A DNA stretch of 64,000 nt from Pristiophorus japonicus. Lineage: Eukaryota. The position numbers and the translations under genes were made by a program. Below are positions 50,996 through 61,699 of this stretch, piece after piece. Below the pieces are notes generated by a model, which worked only from the letters and a program-made list of their open reading frames with translations, did not search any database and was not told the DNA's origin. The DNA lies in NCBI RefSeq assembly GCF_044704955.1, contig NC_091984.1:146258001-146322000 (forward strand), in the 5' to 3' direction. How positions within the stretch are numbered: position 1 is the stretch's first letter; each line of letters opens with the position of its first letter.

Positions 50996-51441
50996 ACATT
51001 GGCTGAAAGGTCTGATTCTGTGAGTAGGACTATGTCAGGCTGGTGTTTGACTCGTCTGTGGGGCAGCTCTCCCACTTTTGACACAAGTCCCCAGATGTTG
51101 GTGAGGAGGTCGTTGCAAGGTCAGCACTGAGCCTGGGTCCGCTGTCCTAGCCGGTCCGAGCTGCTGTTATTCTGCCTGATTGGACGGTTATTATTAGAGA
51201 CTCAGACCACAGCAGAAATCCCCCGTGCAAAAAATAACTGAAGAGACTGTCAGATCGGAAGAATAAAACTTCACCCACAGAGGAAGTGAAAGAGGGAGGT
51301 TGTCACAGCTGTACGTTTGTTAATGACGCGGGAGAAAACTGTGAACCGCGCTCACAGCCTCGAATCTTACAGCACAGAAGGAGGCCATTCGGCCCATCGT
51401 GCCTGTGCCAGCTCTTTGAAAGAATTACCCAATTAGTCCCA
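50996..51441 (-). repeat. Inverted duplication arm 2, candidate Ig enhancer
   Basis: Reverse complement of 40905-41352. EICE GGAAGTGAAA at 51282-51291. Confidence 0.85.
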
Positions 51442-51989
51442 CCCCCCCTCTATTTCCCCGTAATCCAGCAAATTGTTCCTTTTCAAGTATATATCCAATT
51501 CCCTCTTGTAGACCTGGGCCCACAGCATTAGACTGCCCCTAACCTGGGCACAACATTGGCATCTCATTCATTCACTGGGACAGGAAATGCCTGGTGTGGG
51601 AAATGGAGTCCAGGGCTCTGAACATTCCCTCTCCTCTCCTGAGGAAGGCTTCATGCTGGGGTCCAGTTCCATTGTCCCCGACAGCACATTCCGACCTCAC
51701 CTACTTCCTCATTCCACGTGTGTAAGCCTGGACCCTATCACCATATCACCAGGATATCTGACTGCAGGAGGCCTCACCACTGTGTCCAGCACTGTCCTCA
51801 CCCGAAATCCACACACAGTCTGCATTGATCTGGGGCCTTTAACGTGCCAAAGGTCACAAGACACTTCACATCGCTGCTGTAAGAATGTGGGGAGCGGGGG
51901 TTCGGGGGGCTTTAGGAAGGGTGATTGAAGGCCTGGGTGAAAGGATGGCGTTAGATGGAGGAGAGAGAGCTGGAGAGGAGGAGGGATTA

Positions 51990-54435
51990 GAACATAAGAA
52001 ATAGCAGGAGTAGGCCTACGGCCCCTCGAGCCTGCTCCGCCTTTTAATATGATCATGGCTGATCCGATCATGGACTCAGGTCCACTTCCCTGCTTGCTCT
52101 CCATAACTCCTTATTCCCTTATCAGTTAAGAAACTGTCTATTTCTGTCTTAAATTTATTCAATGACCCATCTTCCACAACTCTCTGAGGCAGCGAATTCC
52201 ACAGATTTACAACCCTCAGAGAAGAAATTCCTCCACATTTCAGTTTTAAATGGGCGGCCCCTTATTCTAAGATTATGCCTCCTAGTTCTTGTCTCCCCTA
52301 TCAGTGGAAACAACCTCTGCATCCACCTTGTCAAGCACCCTCATAATCTTACATGTTTCGATAAGATCACCTTTCATTCTTCTGATTTCCATTCAGTATA
52401 GGCCCAACCTACTCAACCTTTCCTCATAAGTCATTGCCCTCATCTACGGAATCAACCTAGTGAACCTTCTCTGAATGCCTCCAAAGCAAGTGTATCCTTT
52501 CTTAAATATGGAAACCAAAACTGCACGCAGTATTCCAGTTGTGGCTTCACCAATACCCGGTATAACTGTAGCAAACACTTCCTTGCATTTATACTCCATC
52601 CCCTTTGCAATAAAGGCCAAGATTGCATTGGCCTTCCTGATCACTTGCTGAACCTGCATAATAACCTTTTGTGTTTCATGCACCAGGACCCCCAGTTCCC
52701 GCTGCACTGCAACACTTTGTTATTTTTCTCCATTTAAATAATAACTTGCTCTTTGATTTTTTTCTGACAAAGTGTATAACCTCACACTTTCCAACATTAT
52801 ATTCCATCTCCCAAATTTTTGCCCATTCACTTAGCCTGTCTATGTCCTTTTGCAGGTTTTTTGTTTCCTCCTCATACCTTGTGTTTACTCCTTTCTTTAT
52901 ATTGTCAGCAAACTTGGCTACATTACACTCGGTCCCTTCTTCCAAGTCGTTGATATAGATTGTAAATAATTGGGGTCCCAGCACTGATTCCTGCAGCATC
53001 CCACTAGTGACTGATTGCCAACCCGAGAATGAACCATTTATCACGACTCTGTTTTCTGTTAGTTAGCCAATCCTCTATCCATGTTTATATATTACCCCCA
53101 ACTCCGTGAACTTTTATCCTGTGCCTTTAATGTGGCACCTTATTGAATGCCTTCTGGAAATCCAAATACACCACATCCACTGGTTCCCCTTTATCCACCC
53201 TGCTCATTACATCCTCAAAGAATTCCAGCAAATTTGTCAAACATGACTTCCCCTTCATAAATCCATTCTGACTCTGCCTGACTGAATTATGATTTTCCAA
53301 ATGTCCTGCTACTATTTCTTTAATATTTCCCCAACTGTTCTATAGTTTCCTGTTTTTTGTCTGCATCCTTTTTTTAATATGGGCATTACATTTGCAGTTT
53401 TCCAATCTGCTGGGATCTCCCCAGAATCCAGGGAATTTCGGTAAATTACAACCAATGCATCCACTATCCCTGTCGTTACTTCTCTTAAGACCCTAGAATG
53501 CAAGCCATCAGGTCCAGTGGATTTATCCGCCTTTAGTCCCATTATCTTACTGAGAACCACCTCCTTAGTGATTGTGATTGTGTGAAGTTCCTCTCCCCCC
53601 CATAGACCCCTGACTATGCACTGTTGGGATATTTTTAGTGTCCTCTACTGTAAAGATTGCTACAAAATATTTGCTCAGTGTTTCTGCCATCTCCATGTTC
53701 CCCATGTTCCCCATGACTAATTCCCCAGTCTCGTCCTCTAAGGGACCAACATTTATTTTATCCGCTCTTTTCCTTTTTATATACCTGTAGAAACTCTTGC
53801 TATCTGTTTTTATATTTTGTGCTAGTTTACTTTCATCTTCCATTTCTTAATCATTTTTTTAGTCATTCTTTGCTGGATTTTAAAAGCTTCCCAGTCTTCT
53901 GTCCTCCTACGAATTTTGGCCACCTTGTATGCCCTTGTTTTTAAATTGGATACCGTCTTTTATTTCTTTAGTTAGCCACGGATGGCTATCTTTTCTTTTA
54001 CATCCTTTCCTCCTCACTGGAATATATTTTTCTTGAGAGTGATTAAATATCTCCTCAAATGTTCATTAACCGTCCTACATTTTAATCTATTTTCCCAGTC
54101 CACTTTAACCAACTCTGCCCTCATACTTTTGTAGTCTCCTTTATTTAATCTTAGTATACTAGTTTGAGATTCAACTTTCTCGCCCTCGATCTAAATTTGA
54201 AATTCAACCATGATATGGTCACTCATTCCAAGGGGATCGTTTATTGGGAGATTGTTTATTAATCCTGTCTCATTGCACAAGACCAGATCTAAGATAGCCT
54301 GCCCCCGGTTAGTTTCTTTACATACTGTACAAGGAACCCGTCCCTTATGCACTCGATCAACTCTTCTTCAAGGCTACCCTGACCAATTTGATTTGTCCAA
54401 TCAATGTGTAGGTTAAAATCACCCACTACAATCAT
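51990..54435 (-). mobile_element. CR1 LINE ORF2 fragment with 3' end
   Basis: GDFNLHIDW, DKSTGPDGLH and KFADN, with the 3' tail at ~51990. Confidence 0.85.
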
Positions 54436-56309
54436 ACCATGAGAACTTCCAGCGCGAGCTGCTCCAAGTGAGCGATGGCTTCGAGGTGGGTGATTGGGTG
54501 ATGTCATCAGGACCCAGGTCGGCATTTGGAGCGTGGGCAGGAACATCGGCGGACCCAGGTAAAGCAGAGGAGTGGGAAGGTCGCGGGGAAGTGTGGTGAG
54601 TGATCGAGGTGGAGGAGCGATGAGGGATCGTGGCTGAGATTCGGTTGGTGATCGTGGCGGAAGTCCGGCAAATGTTTGGTGCGGAGGTGCGGCGGGAGAT
54701 CGTGGTGGAGGTCAGGCGACTGTTTGGCGCAGAGGTGCGGCGAGAGATCGTGGCGGAGGTGCGGCGAATGTTGGTGGCGGAGGAGCGGTGAGGGATCGTG
54801 GTGGAGGTGCGGCAAATGAGGGATCGGGGCCCAAAAGAGCCGAGGGCCCAGGGGCAGCACGGGCCAGCCCATACTGCGATATGTAAGCGCACTGGGTCCG
54901 TGCAGAGCAGGCCTCCAGTCATCCGGGTTAATCTTTGCCACTGGATAAAGGCCTAGCTCTGTCAAGCCCGTGTGGTGGCTGATGTGCAACGGTCACACAT
55001 GTTAAAAAAAATCCACGCACAGGCATCTTCCAGCCCCTCAATTGGAGTTCAGGATCATCGGGTCCTTCATTGAAACATCTGTGAACTAATTTGGAAGCAA
55101 GTCATCCTCGTTCGAGGGACCGCCAATGATGATGATGAGTAGGTCAGTGAGGTCAGGGGCAGTCGGTCAGTGAGGTGAGAGGTAGTAGGTCAGTGAGGTC
55201 AGGGTTCATATTGGAGTGAGGCAGGGTACGGACACTGCATTTTGGAAAGTTGGGGTTTATGGAGAGCGGATGAAGGAAGCCAGGAGGGGACAACGAAATA
55301 ATCGAGTTCAGAGATGAGACTGCACACAGGGAGGTTAAATTAATAGTGACCTCAGTCTTTATCAAGACACTCCAGAGTGAGGAACAGGCCTTAGGGACTG
55401 GCTTATATACAGTGCTCCCAAGGGATGCTGGGATCCCTTGGGACTTCAGGGGATGTGCTCCCTGGTGGCAGAACATGGGAGTGCATGCTTTACAGATACA
55501 CAACAGAGCCAAGCAGAGCCATGGGTTTCTTCCATCAAGGGACTGATGTAGGGCGGAGATGGGCAGCGTTGGAGATGGAAATAAGAGGATGTGGCGTTCG
55601 AAGCTCAGTCTTTGGAGAACCAATAGGAAGGAGCCATGTTTCCTGGTCTCTAGTGGAGGAGCGGCATCATTCAGTGAGAAAACCAAGGCCTATCTGAGGG
55701 CAGGTATTGTGATGGTCAGAGATCCATTTTGTGGAAGGAGGAAAGGTCAGAGAGACCACAGACATTGTGCTCACCATGGACTCCGCCGCTGAGTGGGGTC
55801 AGCGGCCGGAAGGAGGCCCGAGCGTCGCCGGGAGTGAGGGAGGCACGAGTGTCACTGGGGGGGGGGCGGGGGGAGGGAGGGAGGCCCGAGCATCGCCTGG
55901 GGGGGAGGGAGGGAGGGAGGCCCGAGCATCGCCGGGGGGGAGGGAGGGAGGCCCGAGCATCGCCGGGGGGGAGGGAGGGAGGGAGGGAGGCCCGTACGTT
56001 AGGGTGAGGAGTGAAGGTCGGGCCCAAACCTGTGGATGGGGCGGGTCGGAGGCTCCCAGCCGTTGAGTTCGCCGGGATAGGTTGGAGCAGCTGAGTCGGC
56101 CAACGGGGAGTGAGCAGCGAGGGTTCAGCTGGAGGGACATGGCAGCAGGCAGGTCGACCTGGAAGGTAGGCCGAGGATGGGCGATGGGTAGTGGGACCTT
56201 GCGTACGGGATTTTAGGGATTTAGGGGTCGGTAAAATACTTACACCGCAGTCAATCCACCTACGGCCCAAGCACCCAAGGCCCCACCCCACTGCTGGCCA
56301 AGAACGAGG

Positions 56310-57135
56310 AGACACCCATCAAGGACACTGAGGCAGTCAGAACCTGCTGGAAGGAACACTTTGAAGATCTCCTTAATCGAGAATCTGCCTTAGATCTGAG
56401 TGTCCTCGACTCCATCCCGCAGCATGCTACCCATCACCTTCTCAGTAAAACCCCAGCCCTGCACGAGGTTGAAAAGGCCATCTGTCAGCTCAAGAGCAAC
56501 AAGGCATCGGGGACGGATGGAATCCCCGCTGAGGCATTAATGTATGGCAGAGCGTCACTATTGACATGAATGCATGACCTCATCTCTCTCATCTGGAGGG
56601 CGGAGAGCATGCCGGGAGATCGCAGAGATGCAGTAATCGTGATCCATCTTTAAAAAAGGGGACAAGTCCGACTGCGGCAACAGCAGAGGAATCTCCCTGT
56701 TATCAGCCACTGGGAAAGTCATCGCGAGAATCCTCCTCAACAGTCTTCTCCCTGTGGCTGAGGAGCTCCTGCCGGAGTCAAAATGCGGATTCCGTCCACT
56801 ACGGGGTACAACGGACATGATATTTACGGCGCGACAACTGCAAGAGAAAATCAGGGAACAGCACCAACCCTTGTCCATGGCCACCTTTGACCTTACAATG
56901 GCCTTTGACACTGTTAACCGCGAGGGTCTGTGGACCATCCTCCTCCATTTCGGCTGCCCCCAAAAGTTTGTCCCCATTCTCAGCCTGCACCACGACGACA
57001 TGCAAGCCATGGTCCTAACCAACGGATCCATCATAGACGCAATCCACATTCGGACCGGAGTCAAGCAGGGCTGCATTAACGCACAAACCCTATTCTCGAT
57101 CTTCCTAACGACAATGCTCCACCTCACACTATTGG
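56310..57135 (+). mobile_element. RTE-clade LINE RT fragment
   Basis: LPESKCGFRPLRGTTDMIF, FDLTMAFDTV and GVKQGC. Confidence 0.85.
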
Positions 57136-57139
57136 AAAA

Positions 57140-57550
57140 CCAGTAGGAAGGAGCCATGTTTCCTGATCCCTATTGGAGGACCAATAGGAAAGAGCCATGT
57201 TTCTTGGTCCCTATTTGGGGATCAACAGGAAGGGACCATGTTTCCTGGTTCCTATTGGGGGACCAATAGGAAGGTATCATGTTTCACGCGACCTATTCGA
57301 GGACCAGTAGGAAGGAGCCATGTTTCCTGGGCCCTATTCGAGGAACAATAGGAAGGAGCCATGTTTCCTGGGCCCTATTCGAGGACCAATAGGAAGGAAC
57401 GATGGTTCCTGGTCCCTATTGGGGGACCAATAGGAAGGATCGATGTTTCCTGGTCCCTATTGGGGGATCAAAAGGAAGGAGCCATGTTTCCTGGCCCCTA
57501 TTGGAGGACCTATAGGAAGGGGCTATGTTTTGTGGGCCCTATTGGAGAAG
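57140..57550. repeat. 41-bp minisatellite with an internally palindromic unit, ~10 copies
   Basis: Unit ccaataggaaggagccatgtttcctggtccctattggagga. An isolated copy lies at ~55620-55660. Confidence 0.88.
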
Positions 57551-58141
57551 CAGTGTGATGTGGAGTGTGCATCCTTCCTGTTGTAAATGTTGGATCGTCG
57601 GCACCTGATCCCAGCAAAAACTCCTGACCTGGAGCGGGGCCATGGAAGGGGAAAGGATTCGTAGGTGTTCTGAGCGGACAGGATGGGGCAGTGGGTCAGA
57701 CTCTGTCCTGTCGCTCCAGCTCACACTGATGGGGTGAGGATCTCCTCCCTCTGCTGGGCCTTCATGAAATCAGCTTTCTGTCCAAACTGGTCTCCACTGA
57801 GAAAAGGCCCTTAATTGGGCAATAAACAGCCAGTGCACTGAGAGAGGCCAAGGGATGGCCACTGTGGGGAATGGGGCCTTACTCCAGGAGAATGCATTTT
57901 CTGGGGTCAACGGTTAACATCCATTGATGGGGCAGGGCACAGGGAGGTTTACTCTGCATTTTAGTGTGCTGCACCGGGAGTCTGTGGGGAAGGGAGAGTG
58001 ACACAGAGAGTGAAACGGGGAGAGAGAGGCTATGAATCAGAGACAGAGAGGTGTAGAGGAAAGCTGTGAGACATAGGGCAATGAAGGCTGAGAGAGAGAG
58101 AGAGAGAGAGGAACCGGGAAGGAGATGGAGGGAGAGAAGAA

Positions 58142-58238
58142 GAGGAAGTGAAATGTGCTGACGTGGCTTTCTCTGTGTGAAGACATTTACATACTGAGGG
58201 ATGGGCAGTGAGACTCTCACAGGCTGCAGGTTTATAAA
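58142..58238 (+). promoter_or_regulatory. V-kappa promoter: EICE, TGACGTGG, octamer variant, TATA
   Basis: GGAAGTGAAA 58144-58153, TGACGTGG 58159-58166, ATTTACAT 58185-58192 and TATAAA 58233-58238, upstream of the ATG at 58298. Confidence 0.7.
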
Positions 58239-58297
58239 GCAGAGCCCAGTGAAGGGCAGTTTATCAGTAAGCAGGCACAGGGACAGGAGCAGACACC

Positions 58298-58346
58298 ATG
58301 ATTTCACCCATCCAGCTGATCTGGCCTTTGGCATTCTGTGTCGCAG
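58298..58346 (+). CDS. IGKV: Ig kappa leader exon (MISPIQLIWPLAFCVAG)
   Basis: Hydrophobic leader resembling shark NS4-type light chains; phase-1 donor G|GTACC. Confidence 0.92.
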
Positions 58347-58535
58347 GTACCAATCTCTCTCCTTCCGCGTTTAATATCTCCCTGCTGTCGATTTCTGTCC
58401 AACTTGACTGACCAGTGATTGAAGGGCAAATGCTGACACTAGAGGAGAGCTCAGTGTCTCGAGCAATCTCTCATTTTACAGCGTCTTTCTGTGACAGTGC
58501 TTACTTCACTTTCTTTCCCCATTTCCCCATTTCAG

Positions 58536-58837
58536 GTATCAGTGGGGACATCATCATGACCCAGTCTCCCCCGGTGCTGTCAGTGAGTGAGGGACAGACT
58601 GCAACCATCACCTGTACCGCCAGTGCATCTGTTAGCAGCGGTTATGTTGCTTGGTACCAGCAGAAAGCTGGGCAGAAACCCACTCTGCTGATCTATGCAG
58701 CAACAGCTCGTTTCACTGGAACCTCCAATCGCTTCACCGGCAGTCAACAGTCCAACATGTTCACCCTGAGCATCAGCAACGTGCAGAGCGAGGATGTCGC
58801 AGACTATTACTGTCAGCAATATAGCAACTACCCTCTA
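58536..58837 (+). CDS. IGKV: Ig kappa V exon, intact and unrearranged
   Basis: Acceptor ttcag|, then [26 protein letters not shown]...WYQQ...LLIY...[16 protein letters not shown]. Confidence 0.96.
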
Positions 58838-58865
58838 CACTGTGATACACAGCCGTACAAAAACC
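58838..58865 (+). other. 12-bp-spacer recombination signal sequence
   Basis: CACTGTG + 12 nt (atacacagccgt) + ACAAAAACC. Confidence 0.95.
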
Positions 58866-59430
58866 TCAATATACACAGCCCCACCTCCTGTACTGACTCA
58901 CCCCACAGTTATATATAATATATAATAATGGACACACAGCCCCACCTCCTGTACGGTTTTACACATGACTGACACACAGCTCGATGGGAGTGACGGCAGG
59001 AATATTCAGCTGGAAGCTGCAGTGAATTGGGAAAGGATGGGGTGGGTCAGAGAGGAGTTGGGGCTGTGTCTTCATCACTGAGAATCTCACAGCTCTACTC
59101 TGTACATTCAGACAGCACGGAGACACTGGGTGGTCCTGTGTCCTCAATCCAAATAATCTCACAAACCCCCCACTATTGAGAGGGCCACAACTTATTAAAC
59201 CCAAAGCATAAACATGATAGGACAGTGAACAAGTGAAATGGTCATGCTCTTTCCCTGCCCACCCCACACTCAAGGCCCTGCGGTGCCCACCCATCGCAGA
59301 AGGCCTCAGACCTAACCTGGGCTCCGTCCCCAGGTCCACCCGGGTGTGGACAAAGCCCCCGAAGGGAGACAGGCAGGCAGTGCGGCCACCCCATGGGCCC
59401 CTTCCAACTGCGACCTGTGGATGGTCACCT

Positions 59431-59922
59431 CCGACCTGCCCACTCCACCCGCAGCGGGTGACCAGACCCAGGAGCAGGCCCACGGGGAGGCCCTTCGACC
59501 TGCCCACTCCCCCGGCACTGGGTGGCCAGGCCCAGGAGCAGGCCCACGGGGAGGCCCTCCGACCTGCCTACTCCACCCGCAGCGGGTGACCAGACCCAGG
59601 ATCAGGCCCACGGGGAAGCCCTCCGACCTGCCCACTCCACCCGCAGCGGGTGACCAGACCCAGGAGCAGGCCCACGGGGAAGCCCTCCGACCTGCCCACT
59701 CCACCCGCAGCGGGTGACCAGACCCAGGAGCAGGCCCACGGGGAAGCCCTCCGACCTGCCCACTCCACCCGCAGCGGGTGACCAGACCCAGGAGCAGGCC
59801 CACGGGGAAGCCCTCCGACCTGCCCACTCCCCCGGCACTGGGTGGCCAGGCCCAGGAGCAGGCCCACGGGGAGGCCCTCCGACCTGCCCACTCCCCCCGC
59901 ACCGGGTGACCAGGCCCAGGAG
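59431..59922. repeat. 64-bp GC-rich minisatellite (~7.7 copies) between V and J
   Basis: Unit ccgacctgcccactccacccgcagcgggtgaccagacccaggagcaggcccacggggaagccct. Confidence 0.9.
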
Positions 59923-60537
59923 CGTGGGACTGAAGTGAGCCAGAAATCGAGGAGCAGCCCCTTCAAATAGTGGAAGAGGGGCTGCATCCTCTCACACTCC
60001 ATGTGCACACGAGTCACGGACTGAGCAAACAGGTTTCTAAAGCCCCTAAAACTCGTTATTTTATAATGATCCCCGAGGAAGGCCTGTGTCAGCAACACAA
60101 ACATCTCGCTTGCAGACGGAGCCCGTTGTTCAAGGGGCACAAAGAGGTGAGCCCTGTGTGACGGAGACTTTCATTCTCCAGCAATTCCATGGCCCCAGGG
60201 TTACCGTCTCATGGGGCGGGAAGGGCAGCTGGGAGATTTGTCCCAAACACGTCGGATCTCCTGGGCACTGCCACAGACAGCTCGGACACAGGGAGAGGGA
60301 GGGAGAGAGAGAATGAGGGAGAGAGAGAGATAGAGGGATTGAGTGAGAGAGGGAGTGAGTGAGGGGAAGATGCAGAGAGAGAGTGAAGGAGAAAGGTGAG
60401 AGAGAGAGAAAAAATGAAGGAGAGTGAGAGAGAAACCGAGAGAGCAACAGATAGAGTGAGACACTGAGAAAGAGACACACACACACACACACACAGACAG
60501 AGAGAGGGGGAGAGAGACTGAATGAGCCAGGGACGGA

Positions 60538-60576
60538 GGATATTGTACAGCCGCTGCACTGGAAACTGTCACTGTG
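60538..60576 (-). other. 23-bp-spacer RSS of J, with a variant nonamer
   Basis: GGATATTGT + 23 nt + CACTGTG on +. Confidence 0.9.
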
Positions 60577-60611
60577 GCTCACGTTCGGTAAAGGAACCAA
60601 GCTCAGACTGA
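60577..60611 (+). CDS. IGKJ: Ig kappa J segment (LTFGKGTKLRL)
   Basis: FGxG motif and a phase-1 donor A|GTAAGT. A plus the GC that begins a C exon like the one at 35137 gives Ser. Confidence 0.95.
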
Positions 60612-60719
60612 GTAAGTAAACTCCAATGCTCCGTTATTAACACTTTAAATACTGAATCTTTCTTCGATACAAATGCTGAATATGCGAAGGTGTTAGTTTA
60701 CAAATGATTACACTCGATC

Positions 60720-61135
60720 CTCCCGTCTTTCCTCATCTAAATCTATCAGCATAACCCTCTATTCCCTTCTCCCTCATATCCCTGTCTAGCCTCCCCTTAA
60801 ATACATCGATACTATTCACTTCAATCACTCCCTGTGGTAGCCAGTTCCACATTCTCACCACTTGCTGGGTAAAGAATTTTCTCCTGAATTCCCGATTGGA
60901 TTTCTTGCTGACTATCTTATATTGATGGCCTCTAGTTCTGCTCTTCCCCACAAGTGGAAACACTCTCTCTGTATCCACTCTATCAAAACCTTTCCTAATG
61001 TTAAAGACCTCTATCAGGTCACCCCTCAGCCTCAAGAGAAAAGAACCCCAGTCTGTTCATCCTTTCCTGATATGTACACCCTCGCATTTCTGGTCCCATC
61101 CTTGTAAACCTTCACTGCACCCTCTCCAGTGCCTG
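60720..61135 (-). mobile_element. CR1 LINE 3' fragment
   Basis: RLRGDLIEVF...TRGHQYK...FFTQQVV. Confidence 0.8.
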
Positions 61136-61699
61136 TGTATGGGTTATATAATATGGTGGGGAGCTGCGGTGAATGAAAGGGTTAATTGAAGAGTGCTGTG
61201 TATGACAGGGAGCCCGGCTGTATTCCTTTACCCACACTCCCCCTTCACCCAGCAAAGTATAAGTAACGAACTGTTACCCACCGTGTGGAGGAGATCTGGA
61301 CGTTGGCACACTGCGGTCCCATCCCTGCACCATCCACGGAAATCGCTCCCGAGCCTCCTGCCTGTCTCAGTGTGACAGACACGGTGTGTGAGACACGGGC
61401 AGAGTGTGGGTGTGAGTGAGTGAGCTCGCTGGGGGAAGTCTGTGCTCCTGTCACAGTCTCTGATATAACTGAGCTCAGCCTCAGCACACTGACACTCCCG
61501 AGGTCCCACCTCCCCCAGCTCCAACTCTGATCTGTCCAGCCCCCGCTCACCTCCTGTCCAACTTCTGATCACAAACAGGGGCAGCAGGGCTCGCAATCCG
61601 GCGGCTGCAGTGCTCCAGGGTTGTGGGGAGACTCTCAGTTGCTGTTTCTGTGGCTCGAGTTCAGGCCGATATTTATCCCTCAACCTACATCACTTAAAC

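Noticed and set aside
57140-57550. CRISPR-like palindromic repeats (also 12830-13075 and 24750-25325)
   Set aside because: Head-to-tail units with no unique spacers, no cas genes, and a vertebrate context.
58959-60600. Long Pro/Gly- or Leu/Ser-rich ORFs between V and J
   Set aside because: Products of the 64-bp VNTR and the GA microsatellite.
34810-60611. The C exon as splice partner of the J in this window
   Set aside because: Opposite strand and upstream, and the RSS orientation gives deletion rather than inversion.
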